Assembly: GCA_964621135.1 (NCBI GenBank)
Contig: CAZULD010000002.1
Location: 1-36,591 of the forward strand
DNA from: an uncultured Bacteroides sp.
Lineage (GTDB): Bacteria > Bacteroidota > Bacteroidia > Bacteroidales > Muribaculaceae
DNA: 36,591 nt
Direction: 5' to 3'
Part shown: piece by piece, positions 16,046 through 24,852 of the stretch
How positions within the stretch are numbered: position 1 is the stretch's first letter
Layout of the letters: each line of letters starts with the position of its first letter
Notes under the pieces: model-generated
What the model saw: only the letters and a program-made list of their open reading frames with translations
What the model was told of the DNA's origin: nothing
The model's database searches: none
Made by a program: the position numbers and the translations under genes

Positions 16046-16930
16046 TCAGAAGAATTTAGTTTCCTTGCCGAGGATATCGCTCAGCAGATTGTTGGCCAGA
16101 CGGCTTGCTCCGATGCGGAAGTATTCGTTGGTGAGCCATTCTTCACCGAGGACTTCTTTGACGAGAGTGTAGTATTTAACGGCTTCTTCGGTAGTCGATA
16201 CGCCGCCTGAGGCCTTGAAACCTACCATGCGGCCGGTAGCTTGATGATATTCCTTGATGGCCTGACACATAACGTAAGCGGCCTCAAGGGTCGCGCCGTC
16301 GAATTCCTTGCCGGTTGAAGTCTTGAGGAAGTCAGCACCGGAATAAAGAGCGAGAACCGATGCCGCCTTGATGTTGGCTGCGGTTTTGAGCGCGCCGGTC
16401 TCGAGGATGACTTTCAAACGTGCGTTGCGGCAGGCGTCTTTCTGCTCGGATATTTCGTCGCATACTTCTTCGTAATCTCCGTCGAGGAAGTTACCGACAT
16501 TGAGCACGATATCGATTTCGTCAGCTCCACCGTCGACAGCCAGAGCGGTTTCGGCTACCTTAACCTCGATAAATGTCTGCGATGAGGGGAAGCCGCCGCT
16601 TACGCAGGCCACGTCGACATTGCTGACTTCGAGCACTGTGCGGACAACCTGCGCGAAGTTAGGATACACGCAGATGGCAGCAACGTTTTTCAACTCGGGA
16701 TACTCTTCGTCGAAAGCATTGACGCGTTCGGTGAAATTAGCTACAGATTGGGGCGAATCGGTTGCCTTGAGGGTAGTGAGATCGATTGTATTGAAAAGGA
16801 ATTTGTATACATCCTCATTATTATTTTCGGCGAAGTGCTCGTCGATTATTTTTTTCACTGCGGCGCTGACCTGAGCGTCGTCGGTGATCACTTTGCTGTC
16901 GGCAATAGCCTTGGAATATTTATCACTCAT
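16046..16930 (-). CDS. deoC: Deoxyribose-phosphate aldolase
   Basis: IDLTTL, AAICVYP, GADEIDIV, LKVILETG-L, GADFLKTSTGK, GFKASGG, FRIGASRL. Confidence 0.97.
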   Translation of the reverse strand: MSDKYSKAIADSKVITDDAQVSAAVKKIIDEHFAENNNEDVYKFLFNTIDLTTLKATDSPQSVANFTERVNAFDEEYPELKNVAAICVYPNFAQVVRTVLEVSNVDVACVSGGFPSSQTFIEVKVAETALAVDGGADEIDIVLNVGNFLDGDYEEVCDEISEQKDACRNARLKVILETGALKTAANIKAASVLALYSGADFLKTSTGKEFDGATLEAAYVMCQAIKEYHQATGRMVGFKASGGVSTTEEAVKYYTLVKEVLGEEWLTNEYFRIGASRLANNLLSDILGKETKFF

Positions 16931-16970
16931 AATGGTTATGATTTTTATATGTTTTTTAATTATGTATTTG

Positions 16971-17324
16971 TCAGAGGTCTGAAGTCAGTTTAGGATTGGA
17001 GCGGTGACGGTCTGAGTCTCGCTCGGTCTTTTTGCGTAGGTTTGCCTCAAAGGCCGCGGTGAGGTCAACGCCGGTCTGATTGGCAATGGCCAGTGTGACC
17101 CAGAGCAGATCGGCCAGTTCGTCGGCCAGATCGTTGCGGTCGCTCTCTTTGAACGACTGGTCGCCATAGCGGCGGGCCATGATGCGCGCCACCTCGCCGG
17201 TCTCCTCGGCGAGAATTGCCATGTTGGTGAGCGGCGAAAAGTAACGCACGCCGATCGTCGTAATCCACCGATCGACGGTCTGTTGCGCCTGAGCGAGAGT
17301 TATGCCTTCGGTTGCTTTATCCAT
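16971..17324 (-). CDS. MazG-like nucleotide pyrophosphohydrolase (YpjD type)
   Basis: YFSPLTNMAILAEETGEVAR---R-YGDQS-K and LADELAD-LWV---ANQTGVDL; ATG 17324 preferred over TTG 17333, which lies inside the promoter box. Confidence 0.92.
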   Translation of the reverse strand: MDKATEGITLAQAQQTVDRWITTIGVRYFSPLTNMAILAEETGEVARIMARRYGDQSFKESDRNDLADELADLLWVTLAIANQTGVDLTAAFEANLRKKTERDSDRHRSNPKLTSDL

Positions 17325-17330
17325 TATCTG

Positions 17331-17338
17331 CAAAGTTA
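17331..17338 (-). promoter_or_regulatory. -7 element for the mazG-like/deoC operon
   Basis: TAACTTTG(CA) on the minus strand, 6 nt before ATG 17324. Confidence 0.7.
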
Positions 17339-17442
17339 CACAAATATTTGTAAATACAAATAGCTTTATATTCCGAACAATTTTTATAGCTCTGTCGTTT
17401 TATAGTCAAAACAACAAACTAACTAATCAAACACAAAAAATC

Positions 17443-18021
17443 ATGGCACAACAGACTAAGAGCATCAAGGGTACCAAGACTGAAAAATGTCTTGTGGACG
17501 CATATGTAAGCGAATCAGGCGCGTACACCCGCTATACTTATTATGCAAAACAAGCTGAAAAAGAACAGTATTACGGCATTGCAAACATCTTTAACGAAAC
17601 TGCCGACAACGAACTCCATCATGGCAAGATATTCTTCAAATATCTCGAAGGCGGTGATGTTGATATCAATATAAAAGTAAGCGCCGGCACAATCGCCGAC
17701 ACAGCGTCGAACCTCGCACAGGCTGCTCAGAGCGAGCATGTAGAAGGCGTTGAAGAATATGAAGCAGCAGCCAAGGTTGCCGATTCAGAAGGCTTCACCG
17801 ATATCGCTGATCATTTCCGTGCGATCGCTTCAATCGAAAAACGTCACGAAGAACGTTTCAACCGTTATAAGAAACAGGTTGAGGACGGCACCGTATGGAA
17901 ACGCGAGAAACCTATCCGCTGGATGTGTCTTGTCTGCGGTTATGTTTACGAAGGCACTGAGCCCCCAGTAAAATGTCCTGCATGTGACCATCCCCGTGAA
18001 CATTATATCGCTCTCGATTAA
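17443..18021 (+). CDS. rbr: Rubrerythrin
   Basis: Start ATG 17443 (MAQQTKSIKGTKTE); diiron ligands ES-A, E--H, E--E, E--H; C-terminal W-CLVCGY...CPAC-HP. Confidence 0.95.
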   Translation: MAQQTKSIKGTKTEKCLVDAYVSESGAYTRYTYYAKQAEKEQYYGIANIFNETADNELHHGKIFFKYLEGGDVDINIKVSAGTIADTASNLAQAAQSEHVEGVEEYEAAAKVADSEGFTDIADHFRAIASIEKRHEERFNRYKKQVEDGTVWKREKPIRWMCLVCGYVYEGTEPPVKCPACDHPREHYIALD

Positions 18022-18049
18022 TAATCAGAGACGTTACAGATCATAACAT

Positions 18050-18088
18050 ACAGACGGTGCCGAACCTTTCGACGCCGTCTGTTGTTTT
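18050..18088 (+). terminator. Terminator after rubrerythrin
   Basis: ACAGACGGTGCCGAA-CCT-TTCGACGCCGTCTGT followed by TGTTTT. Confidence 0.8.
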
Positions 18089-18129
18089 AATATCAAACGA
18101 AACGTTTAACTATTTAACTCATCACCATC

Positions 18130-18213
18130 ATGTTCAAGAATATTAAGAAAGCAATCGTATGGTATTGCACCGAGAGTGCCAAGTTCTACGACGACACTCT
18201 TCACACAAACTGA
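18130..18213 (+). CDS. Putative 27-aa small protein MFKNIKKAIVWYCTESAKFYDDTLHTN
   Basis: Translated by hand; G-poor, A/C-rich initiation region with A at -3; followed by its own terminator. Confidence 0.55.
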   Translation: MFKNIKKAIVWYCTESAKFYDDTLHTN

Positions 18214-18239
18214 TTTACTTCCCACAACTCATTTCATTC

Positions 18240-18269
18240 ACGCCGTCCTCTCCCAGACAGCGTTTTTTT
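18240..18269 (+). terminator. Terminator after the small ORF
   Basis: ACGCCGTC...GACAGCGT hairpin (one mismatch) followed by a T run. Confidence 0.6.
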
Positions 18270-18364
18270 GTTTTATAGAGAGGGCGGATGCGGACCGACT
18301 AACATTAAAGTCTTAATTAATAGTTAAAAATTAGGCTTTTTTGTCTTATTTCAGTGCTTATTTG

Positions 18365-18372
18365 TATTTTTG
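18365..18372 (+). promoter_or_regulatory. -7 element for the coaX operon
   Basis: TATTTTTG(CC) 8 nt before ATG 18381; TTTG at 18340-18343 lies at -33 spacing. Confidence 0.65.
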
Positions 18373-18380
18373 CCGACTGT

Positions 18381-19115
18381 ATGGCACTCAAGCTAACTAT
18401 CGATCAAGGCAACACTTCGGCCAAAGCGGCTGTATGGCACGATGATAAAATCGTGGCTGAAACGGTGTATCGCAGTCTGTCGGCAGCCGATATCGACCTT
18501 TTGGCCGATGATTTCGGCGGTCGCTTCGATGCGTCGATTTACTCGTCGGTCTGCGATTCCGGTCGTGATGTCGCCGCCGCGATGGATCGTCGAAGCAGCA
18601 GATTCATAGAGCTTAGCGCCTCAACTCCTCTGCCTGTCAAAGTGGCTTATGCCACGCCGTCGACGCTCGGGCTCGACCGTATAGCGGCTGTGGCAGGAGC
18701 CTATGAGCAAACAGCCGGATCGTGGACGCTCGTCGTTGACTGTGGTACAGCCATAACCTACGACATCCTCTCGCCTGACGGAATTTTTTTAGGGGGCAAC
18801 ATCGCGCCCGGACTATTCATGAGGCTCGAGGCCCTGAATCATTTCACGGCACGTCTGCCTCTCGTCGAACCTGAAGGTGAATTTCGCCTTTGGGGTAATG
18901 ACACTGAAAGTGCTCTCCGCGCAGGAGCTGTCAACGGCGTGATCGCCGAACTGCGTTATTACCGCCAATGCCTGCCGGTCAGCGATCCGAAGGTTGTCAT
19001 CACGGGCGGCTCGGCGGATCTGGTCGCCGATAAGGCCGGATTTCCTCTGACGATCGATCATGAACTTGTATCTAAAGGACTAAACAGCATACTCAACTAT
19101 AATGAAAATAACTAA
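18381..19115 (+). CDS. coaX: Type III pantothenate kinase
   Basis: L-IDQGNT--K, Y-TP-TLG-DR-AA, VVDCGTAITYD, GGNIAPGL--R--AL--FTA-LP, TGG. Confidence 0.96.
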   Translation: MALKLTIDQGNTSAKAAVWHDDKIVAETVYRSLSAADIDLLADDFGGRFDASIYSSVCDSGRDVAAAMDRRSSRFIELSASTPLPVKVAYATPSTLGLDRIAAVAGAYEQTAGSWTLVVDCGTAITYDILSPDGIFLGGNIAPGLFMRLEALNHFTARLPLVEPEGEFRLWGNDTESALRAGAVNGVIAELRYYRQCLPVSDPKVVITGGSADLVADKAGFPLTIDHELVSKGLNSILNYNENN

Positions 19116-20361
19116 GCTATTTTTCGGATTCCTCGCACTCCAACTGCTCGCTCTGCCCTCAATTAACGCTCAGAACGGCACCATGACACCGTACTCACGC
19201 TTCGGTTACGGCCTCCTTAACGACAACGCCACGGCAGCCCAGCAGTCGATGGGTGGCGTCGGCTACGCCATGAGTTCCGGACGCCAGATAAATGTGATGA
19301 ACCCAGCGTCATATGCTGCGGCCGACTCGCTCACCTTCCTCTTCGACATGGGTATAGATTTAACATCCATGTGGCAGAAAGAGACCGTAGACGGCAATCA
19401 ACTGTCTGATCGTCAGACCGGAGGAGGTCTCGATTATATCACCATGCAAGTGCCCATCGGCAAACGCATGGGTGCGAGCTTCGGCATATTGCCCTATTCT
19501 TCAGTGGGCTATGCATTCGGTAGCCAGATAACCAACGGCGCCACATCGCGTGAGGGTTCGGGAAGTATCAATCAGCTATATCTCGGCTTTGCCGGAAAAA
19601 TATTCAAGGGTCTGTCGGCAGGTGTGAACGTAGCCTATCTCTTCGGCACAACCTATAACGACAGCTATGCCTACACATCGGGCGGCTCAACGACTCTCTT
19701 CGAGCGCGAACTGGATGTGCGCGACTGGCGTCTCGACTTCGGTCTGCAGTACTCGACTTATATAAATTCGCGCAACCGCGTAAACCTCGGTGTCACCTAT
19801 AGTCCTAAAAAAGACTTCAACGGTCATGCGATTACCTATGCTTACGATATGACTCAGGAATCCACTCCGACCGAAACTGATAATATCAAACTCAAAGGAA
19901 ACTTCTCAAAGTCTGAAAGCTGGGGCGCCGGCATCGGATGGGAATGGGACGAACGTCTCTACGCTGAAGTTGACTTCACATATCAGCCCTGGAGTAAGAC
20001 GAAATATCAGGGCGTCGCTCAGGACGGTGTCAATGCCGATCTAAGTGACCGCTACAAGATCGCCGCAGGTCTGCAATTCGTTCCCAAACCCCGCGGTAAC
20101 TATATGGAGCGTATCCAGTACCGTGCCGGCGGATTCTTCAACCGCGATTATCTGCGCGTGCTTGGCAACAATGTCCACGAGTATGGTGTGTCGGTCGGTT
20201 TCGGATTGCCCGTCCCGACGTTCAAGACTATCATTAATATAGGTTTCGGCTGGACTCACCGTCAGGCACACCCCAACCCGCTTATCAAAGAGAACTATCT
20301 CAATATCCGTCTTGGATTCAACATCAACGAGCTCTGGTTCCGTCCTACTAAGATCTATTAA
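19102..20361 (+). CDS. Outer-membrane beta-barrel protein (FadL/OmpP1-like, conserved next to coaX)
   Basis: Signal peptide; TPYSRFGYG-L, SMGGVGYA, N--NPASY, G--PYSSVGY; C-terminal INELWF. Confidence 0.8.
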   Translation: MKITKLFFGFLALQLLALPSINAQNGTMTPYSRFGYGLLNDNATAAQQSMGGVGYAMSSGRQINVMNPASYAAADSLTFLFDMGIDLTSMWQKETVDGNQLSDRQTGGGLDYITMQVPIGKRMGASFGILPYSSVGYAFGSQITNGATSREGSGSINQLYLGFAGKIFKGLSAGVNVAYLFGTTYNDSYAYTSGGSTTLFERELDVRDWRLDFGLQYSTYINSRNRVNLGVTYSPKKDFNGHAITYAYDMTQESTPTETDNIKLKGNFSKSESWGAGIGWEWDERLYAEVDFTYQPWSKTKYQGVAQDGVNADLSDRYKIAAGLQFVPKPRGNYMERIQYRAGGFFNRDYLRVLGNNVHEYGVSVGFGLPVPTFKTIINIGFGWTHRQAHPNPLIKENYLNIRLGFNINELWFRPTKIY

Positions 20362-21101
20362 TGGCTTCAGGTCGGCATAGATCATCACTGCGCACGATGC
20401 GGCTGCTTCCGGTGGCCGCTTTCGCTCTTATTATCGTGGCGGCATGCGGCGAGAAAGAGCGCTCGTATGTGCCTAATATCGGCGACGGAGATACCTCTCC
20501 GACAATGTCGACCTTCGATGTCGAAACGTTCATCTCCGACTCGGGGTACACGCGTTATCATATATCGACTCCTGTCTGGATGATGTACGATGAGGCGCTC
20601 GAACCCTTTTGGCGTTTCCCCGACGGTCTGAATATGCAGCAGTATGACCTCGCGATGAACCCCGACGCTACGATGGACTGCGACTCGGCTGTCTATTTCA
20701 GCCGCAAGCGTCTCTGGCGTCTCGACGGTCATGTAATGATGGTCAACACTCTCCGCGACACTTTCCTCTCGCAGCAACTGTTCTGGGATCAGGTGAAGCG
20801 TCAGGTCTACACTGACTCGTTCATTCACATCGTGCGCTCCGACCGTATCATAGAAGGCTACGGTTTTGAGTCGAACGAAAACATGACGGCCTATACGATA
20901 CGCCGTCCGACAGCGATTCTGCCCGTGCGTCGCAATGCACCGGCGACCGACGAGACTGAAGAGCCCGACTCGGCAGTTACCCCCGTCCGAACCTCTCCGA
21001 CGCGCACAACACCGCCGCGTCCGCGTCCGTCCGAACGCATGAATGCCGACACCGGTCTCCTCGAGGAGCCTAGGGCAAAGTTGCTCCCTCTCCGTTCTTA
21101 A
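20361..21101 (+). CDS. lptC: LPS export protein LptC (Bacteroidota type); true start may be ATG 20397
   Basis: ISDSG---Y, W-FP-G, A---CDSA-Y, LW-L-G-V, F-SQQLFWDQ, VYTDSFI-I, G-GFESN; coaX-OMP-lptC-hemolysin synteny. Confidence 0.85.
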   Translation: MASGRHRSSLRTMRLLPVAAFALIIVAACGEKERSYVPNIGDGDTSPTMSTFDVETFISDSGYTRYHISTPVWMMYDEALEPFWRFPDGLNMQQYDLAMNPDATMDCDSAVYFSRKRLWRLDGHVMMVNTLRDTFLSQQLFWDQVKRQVYTDSFIHIVRSDRIIEGYGFESNENMTAYTIRRPTAILPVRRNAPATDETEEPDSAVTPVRTSPTRTTPPRPRPSERMNADTGLLEEPRAKLLPLRS

Positions 21102-21127
21102 TAACCTCAACCACTATTGACTGATAT

Positions 21128-22402
21128 ATGGATATAACCACCTGGCTTATCATCGGCATCATTTCAATGCTTCTCTCGGCTCTTTTCTCGGGCTGTGAGA
21201 TGGCTTATGTCACTTCCGACCGTGTCCGTGTAGAGATTGACGTGAAGCAGGGAGGTATGATAGCCCGCATAATCGACCGTTTTTATGCCAATTCGGAATT
21301 TTTTATCTCCTCGATTCTCGTGGGCAACAATATCGTGCTGGTTGTCTACGGTATGGCTGCGGCCGCGTTGCTTGACAGCGTGCTCGGATCATATATCTCG
21401 AACGAAGCCTTGATACTGATAGCCCAGACGCTGATCTCTACAGGTATAATCCTTTTTGTCGGTGAGTTCATCCCCAAAAGCATTTTCGGCATCAATCCCA
21501 ACCGCTCGCTCAAGGTTTTTGCGCTGCCGATCTATATATTCTATATTATACTCTATCCCCTCTCGCTGTTCGCGACATGGTTGTCGCGCTGCCTGATGAA
21601 ACTGCTTGGCGTGAAAGGTTCACAGACCGGTCTGCGCGCCATATCGATAGGCGATCTCAACGACTACCTCGAAGAGACCATCGACACGATGGAGGAGAAG
21701 CAGACACGCGTAGAAAACGAAGTGAAGATATTCCATAACGCACTCGATTTTTCGTCGACCCATCTGCGCGACTGCATGATTCCCCGCAACGAGATCGTCG
21801 CCGTCAATATCGACACCGCCACCCGAGAGTCGCTTTCGGAACTGTTCACCCGCACGGGTCGCTCGAAAATTGTCGTTTACCGCGACGATATCGATACGAT
21901 AATAGGTTATATCCATGTGCGTGAACTGTTTGAGCCTGAATCAGAATGGCGCGACCATATTATGCCCGTCCTGTATGCGCCCGAAAATCTGCTGGCAAAT
22001 AAAATGATGCGCCGTATGCTCCAGCAGAAGAAATCGGTGGCAATCGTCATCGATGAGTTCGGTGGCACAGCCGGTCTGATTACTCTTGAGGATCTCGTGG
22101 AGGAGATTTTCGGCGATATTCAGGACGAACATGACAACACTAAGCTCACGGCCAAACTCATCGCTCCCGGCATCTATGAATTCTCAGGACGATGCGAGAT
22201 CGCAGAACTCAACGAGCAGTTTGACATCGATATTCCCGAGGATGATGCATATCAGACCATTGCAGGCTATATTCTTCACTCTACAGGTACCATTCCGGCC
22301 GAGGGCGACACGGTTATGATCGACAATCTGCGTTTCGATATTCTTAAAAAGTCAGCTAACCGTCTGGAACTTATTCGTCTAACTGTTCCTATCGAGGAAT
22401 GA
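21128..22402 (+). CDS. Hemolysin-family/CNNM (DUF21)-CBS-CorC membrane protein
   Basis: SALFSGCEMA, ILVGNN, GEFIPK, CMIPR, AIVIDEFGGTAGLITLEDLVEEIFGDIQDEHD, TIAGYI. Confidence 0.93.
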   Translation: MDITTWLIIGIISMLLSALFSGCEMAYVTSDRVRVEIDVKQGGMIARIIDRFYANSEFFISSILVGNNIVLVVYGMAAAALLDSVLGSYISNEALILIAQTLISTGIILFVGEFIPKSIFGINPNRSLKVFALPIYIFYIILYPLSLFATWLSRCLMKLLGVKGSQTGLRAISIGDLNDYLEETIDTMEEKQTRVENEVKIFHNALDFSSTHLRDCMIPRNEIVAVNIDTATRESLSELFTRTGRSKIVVYRDDIDTIIGYIHVRELFEPESEWRDHIMPVLYAPENLLANKMMRRMLQQKKSVAIVIDEFGGTAGLITLEDLVEEIFGDIQDEHDNTKLTAKLIAPGIYEFSGRCEIAELNEQFDIDIPEDDAYQTIAGYILHSTGTIPAEGDTVMIDNLRFDILKKSANRLELIRLTVPIEE

Positions 22403-22414
22403 TCGCGCCCATCT

Positions 22415-23302
22415 ATGGACAGTCCTTTTGATTTTCTCCGAGACCATGCCGATGAGTTCTGTTCGCTCGGTGATGCGTATGCTTACGCACGCTTCAACAC
22501 TCTCGCAGCCTTCCCTGACAAGACCCTCCTATCGAAAAAAGTCGACGGGTTCGTAATTCTGATTGTCAAAGAAGGGACGGTCGATATTGAGATAAATATG
22601 GAGCGGCACCGTGTCGAACGCGACAGTATAATTGTGAGCCATATTACAACGTCGATAAGTTCATTTTCCATAGTGTCGAAAAAGATTGATCTCTACTGCA
22701 TCTGTTTTTCGCCTGCGTTTCTCCACACGGTCAACATAAATTATGCGGCTATCAGCATTCAGTCATTTGTCGAGAAACATTCGCCCGTGCAGACCCTTAC
22801 TGCTGATGAATGTGAGGTAATGATCAATTATTTCAATCTGCTGCGGAGCAATGCGAAAGCCTGTGTCAGCCCCCAGATCGAAGCTCATATAGCCGCCAGT
22901 CTTACCGCCGGCATGATCTATCAGATGATTCTTGTCAATTACCGTCGCATCGGGCATGACAAAATATCGGGTAACCGCAGCGTAAGCCGTACGACCATCG
23001 TGCGCGACTTCATAAAATTAGTCCACGTCCATTACACTACCGAACGCTCCGTCGGTTTTTACGCCGGACGTCTGTGTATCTCGCCCAAATATCTCTCGCT
23101 GCTTGTAAAAGAAGCCACGGGCCGGTCGGCCGCCCGATGGATAGACGAGTTCGTACTGATGGAGGCCAAAAATCTTTTGCGTTATTCGGGTAAGAACGTC
23201 CAGCAGGTAGCTTACGCGCTCAACTTTCCGAATCAGTCATCATTCGGGAAATTTTTCAAACACCTCACCGGTCAGTCTCCGACCGCTTATCAAAAATCAT
23301 AG
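22415..23302 (+). CDS. AraC-family transcriptional regulator
   Basis: F--LV--HY--ERSV-FYA--L-ISPKYLS--VK--TG...EAK-LL...QVAY-LNF-NQSSFGKFFK--TG-SP--Y. Confidence 0.95.
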   Translation: MDSPFDFLRDHADEFCSLGDAYAYARFNTLAAFPDKTLLSKKVDGFVILIVKEGTVDIEINMERHRVERDSIIVSHITTSISSFSIVSKKIDLYCICFSPAFLHTVNINYAAISIQSFVEKHSPVQTLTADECEVMINYFNLLRSNAKACVSPQIEAHIAASLTAGMIYQMILVNYRRIGHDKISGNRSVSRTTIVRDFIKLVHVHYTTERSVGFYAGRLCISPKYLSLLVKEATGRSAARWIDEFVLMEAKNLLRYSGKNVQQVAYALNFPNQSSFGKFFKHLTGQSPTAYQKS

Positions 23303-23692
23303 ACCGCTGACGACGATATAGATTTTGTCACCGCGCCGTGAGATGCATCGGTGCCATTCGGTGGCTCCTGTGCGTTTTATGATTTCGGCTTCCTTCAGCT
23401 CCATCGCCACACCGTTGATCAGCAGTTCTGGCTTAGCCGGATCATAGTCAAAAGCTGCGCCGTCTGATAGCCTCACACCGCTTATTACTCCGTCTGTCGA
23501 TCGCCGGAAGATTATACCACCCTTGTCGTATGACAGACGCAGAGCGTCACAGTCGATGCGCATAGACGGGTCAGCCATGACTGCATCTTCAACTTCCGCT
23601 CCCGGATCGAGTCGCTCGGGAAAACTATCGTTATGATTGCCGCAGGATGATGCGACAATAAAAAGAAAGGATATTATGAGATAGCGCATCAT
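23297..23692 (-). CDS. Hypothetical small lipoprotein
   Basis: Lipobox VASSC after a hydrophobic stretch; 4-bp overlap with the endonuclease-like gene stop. Confidence 0.65.
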   Translation of the reverse strand: MMRYLIISFLFIVASSCGNHNDSFPERLDPGAEVEDAVMADPSMRIDCDALRLSYDKGGIIFRRSTDGVISGVRLSDGAAFDYDPAKPELLINGVAMELKEAEIIKRTGATEWHRCISRRGDKIYIVVSGL

Positions 23693-24705
23693 GGTTCGAC
23701 AGTTATTATAAGTTTCCCATGTGACCGCGGATTAGAGAATGTCAGTTCGTAACGTCCGGGAGCAACTCCTTCAAGACTCATGGAGGTGCAGTCAACGTTT
23801 TTTCCGTTGAATGTCCATGTTGATCCGGTCTCGACGTAGGGCGAACGGAAGTCTATCCGGCCGTCGCGGCTGACTGAGTACACGGCTTTCAGCATGATAG
23901 GTTCTTTGGCTGAAGGATCATCATCGTCGTCTGTTTTATTGCCATAGGCTTCGTCGCTGTGCTTACCCCAGACGTATTCCGCGAGCTCAGAATCCTCGAC
24001 AAAAGGATTGCCACGTCCCTGCGCCTCGCGTATGGCGGAGTTGCGCCGCAACTCTGCATCGTCGACCGGATCAGCTCTGTGCCATTCAAGCAGCAGATCG
24101 CGGCCGTAGGTCGTAAGCACCGGATAATAGCCATCGGCGAAAAACATTGCCGCTCTTCCTGCCCATAACGGCCGGGCATACACTGCGGCGACATACATAT
24201 ATATTCGCGCGATGTCGCCCTTGACTTCATCGGCCGGTTCGTAAAAATTTGTCTCCATGCCTGCTATCTCTCCGATGCCGGCCTTCCAGTAAGAATTGCT
24301 GTAGGCAATTTCTGAGACTATCCCCGGCGGATAGTCGCGGCGGTTCGTGGCAACGGCCTTGTTCGCAGGTAAGATATTGTGAAGATCGGCTGCTGCGGTC
24401 GCTGCGTCTTGCGCACCATTGGGCCACCATGCGGTTGGCACGATAGACAGCATCGTCAGCTCGGAGAAGGATGCGGTCGCTTGATCAGAGAAGTAGTCGC
24501 GATATCGTCCGCCGGTTGTGACGGCGTATTGGCTGACTGTCTTATTTCTGACTTCAGAGGTCACCGTAGTCGGCGGACGGAATTCGTTGCGAATCTTCTC
24601 CAGAATTTCGCGGCTTTTCAGCCCTTCGAATTCTGATAGCGCGCTCTGCGCTTGTCCGAGCAACCCGATGACACATCCCGCCGCTATGAATAATAATCTC
24701 TTCAT
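23689..24705 (-). CDS. Secreted endonuclease I-family protein, probably catalytically degenerate
   Basis: DLHN--P, YEP-DE-KGDIAR---Y----Y, LL-W---DPVD--E--RN-----QG--NPFV---L---VW; EH motif absent. Confidence 0.85.
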   Translation of the reverse strand: MKRLLFIAAGCVIGLLGQAQSALSEFEGLKSREILEKIRNEFRPPTTVTSEVRNKTVSQYAVTTGGRYRDYFSDQATASFSELTMLSIVPTAWWPNGAQDAATAAADLHNILPANKAVATNRRDYPPGIVSEIAYSNSYWKAGIGEIAGMETNFYEPADEVKGDIARIYMYVAAVYARPLWAGRAAMFFADGYYPVLTTYGRDLLLEWHRADPVDDAELRRNSAIREAQGRGNPFVEDSELAEYVWGKHSDEAYGNKTDDDDDPSAKEPIMLKAVYSVSRDGRIDFRSPYVETGSTWTFNGKNVDCTSMSLEGVAPGRYELTFSNPRSHGKLIITVEP

Positions 24706-24712
24706 ACTGCCC

Positions 24713-24720
24713 CAAAGTTA
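24713..24720 (-). promoter_or_regulatory. -7 element for the endonuclease-like gene
   Basis: TAACTTTG on the minus strand, 7 nt before ATG 24705. Confidence 0.65.
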
Positions 24721-24852
24721 ACTATTTATTCGTAAACCCAAAAGATAAAGAGCTGATCTATGAATTTTCTGACGGAAAATTTCTATTTTTGTTCTGTAAT
24801 ACAGAACCCTGCGGCTTGTGTGGTCGTTAGTTAGGTAAACCGACATAAAATT

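Noticed and set aside
17302-17442. N-terminal extension of rubrerythrin
   Set aside because: It overlaps the divergent gene and its promoter; family similarity starts at 17443
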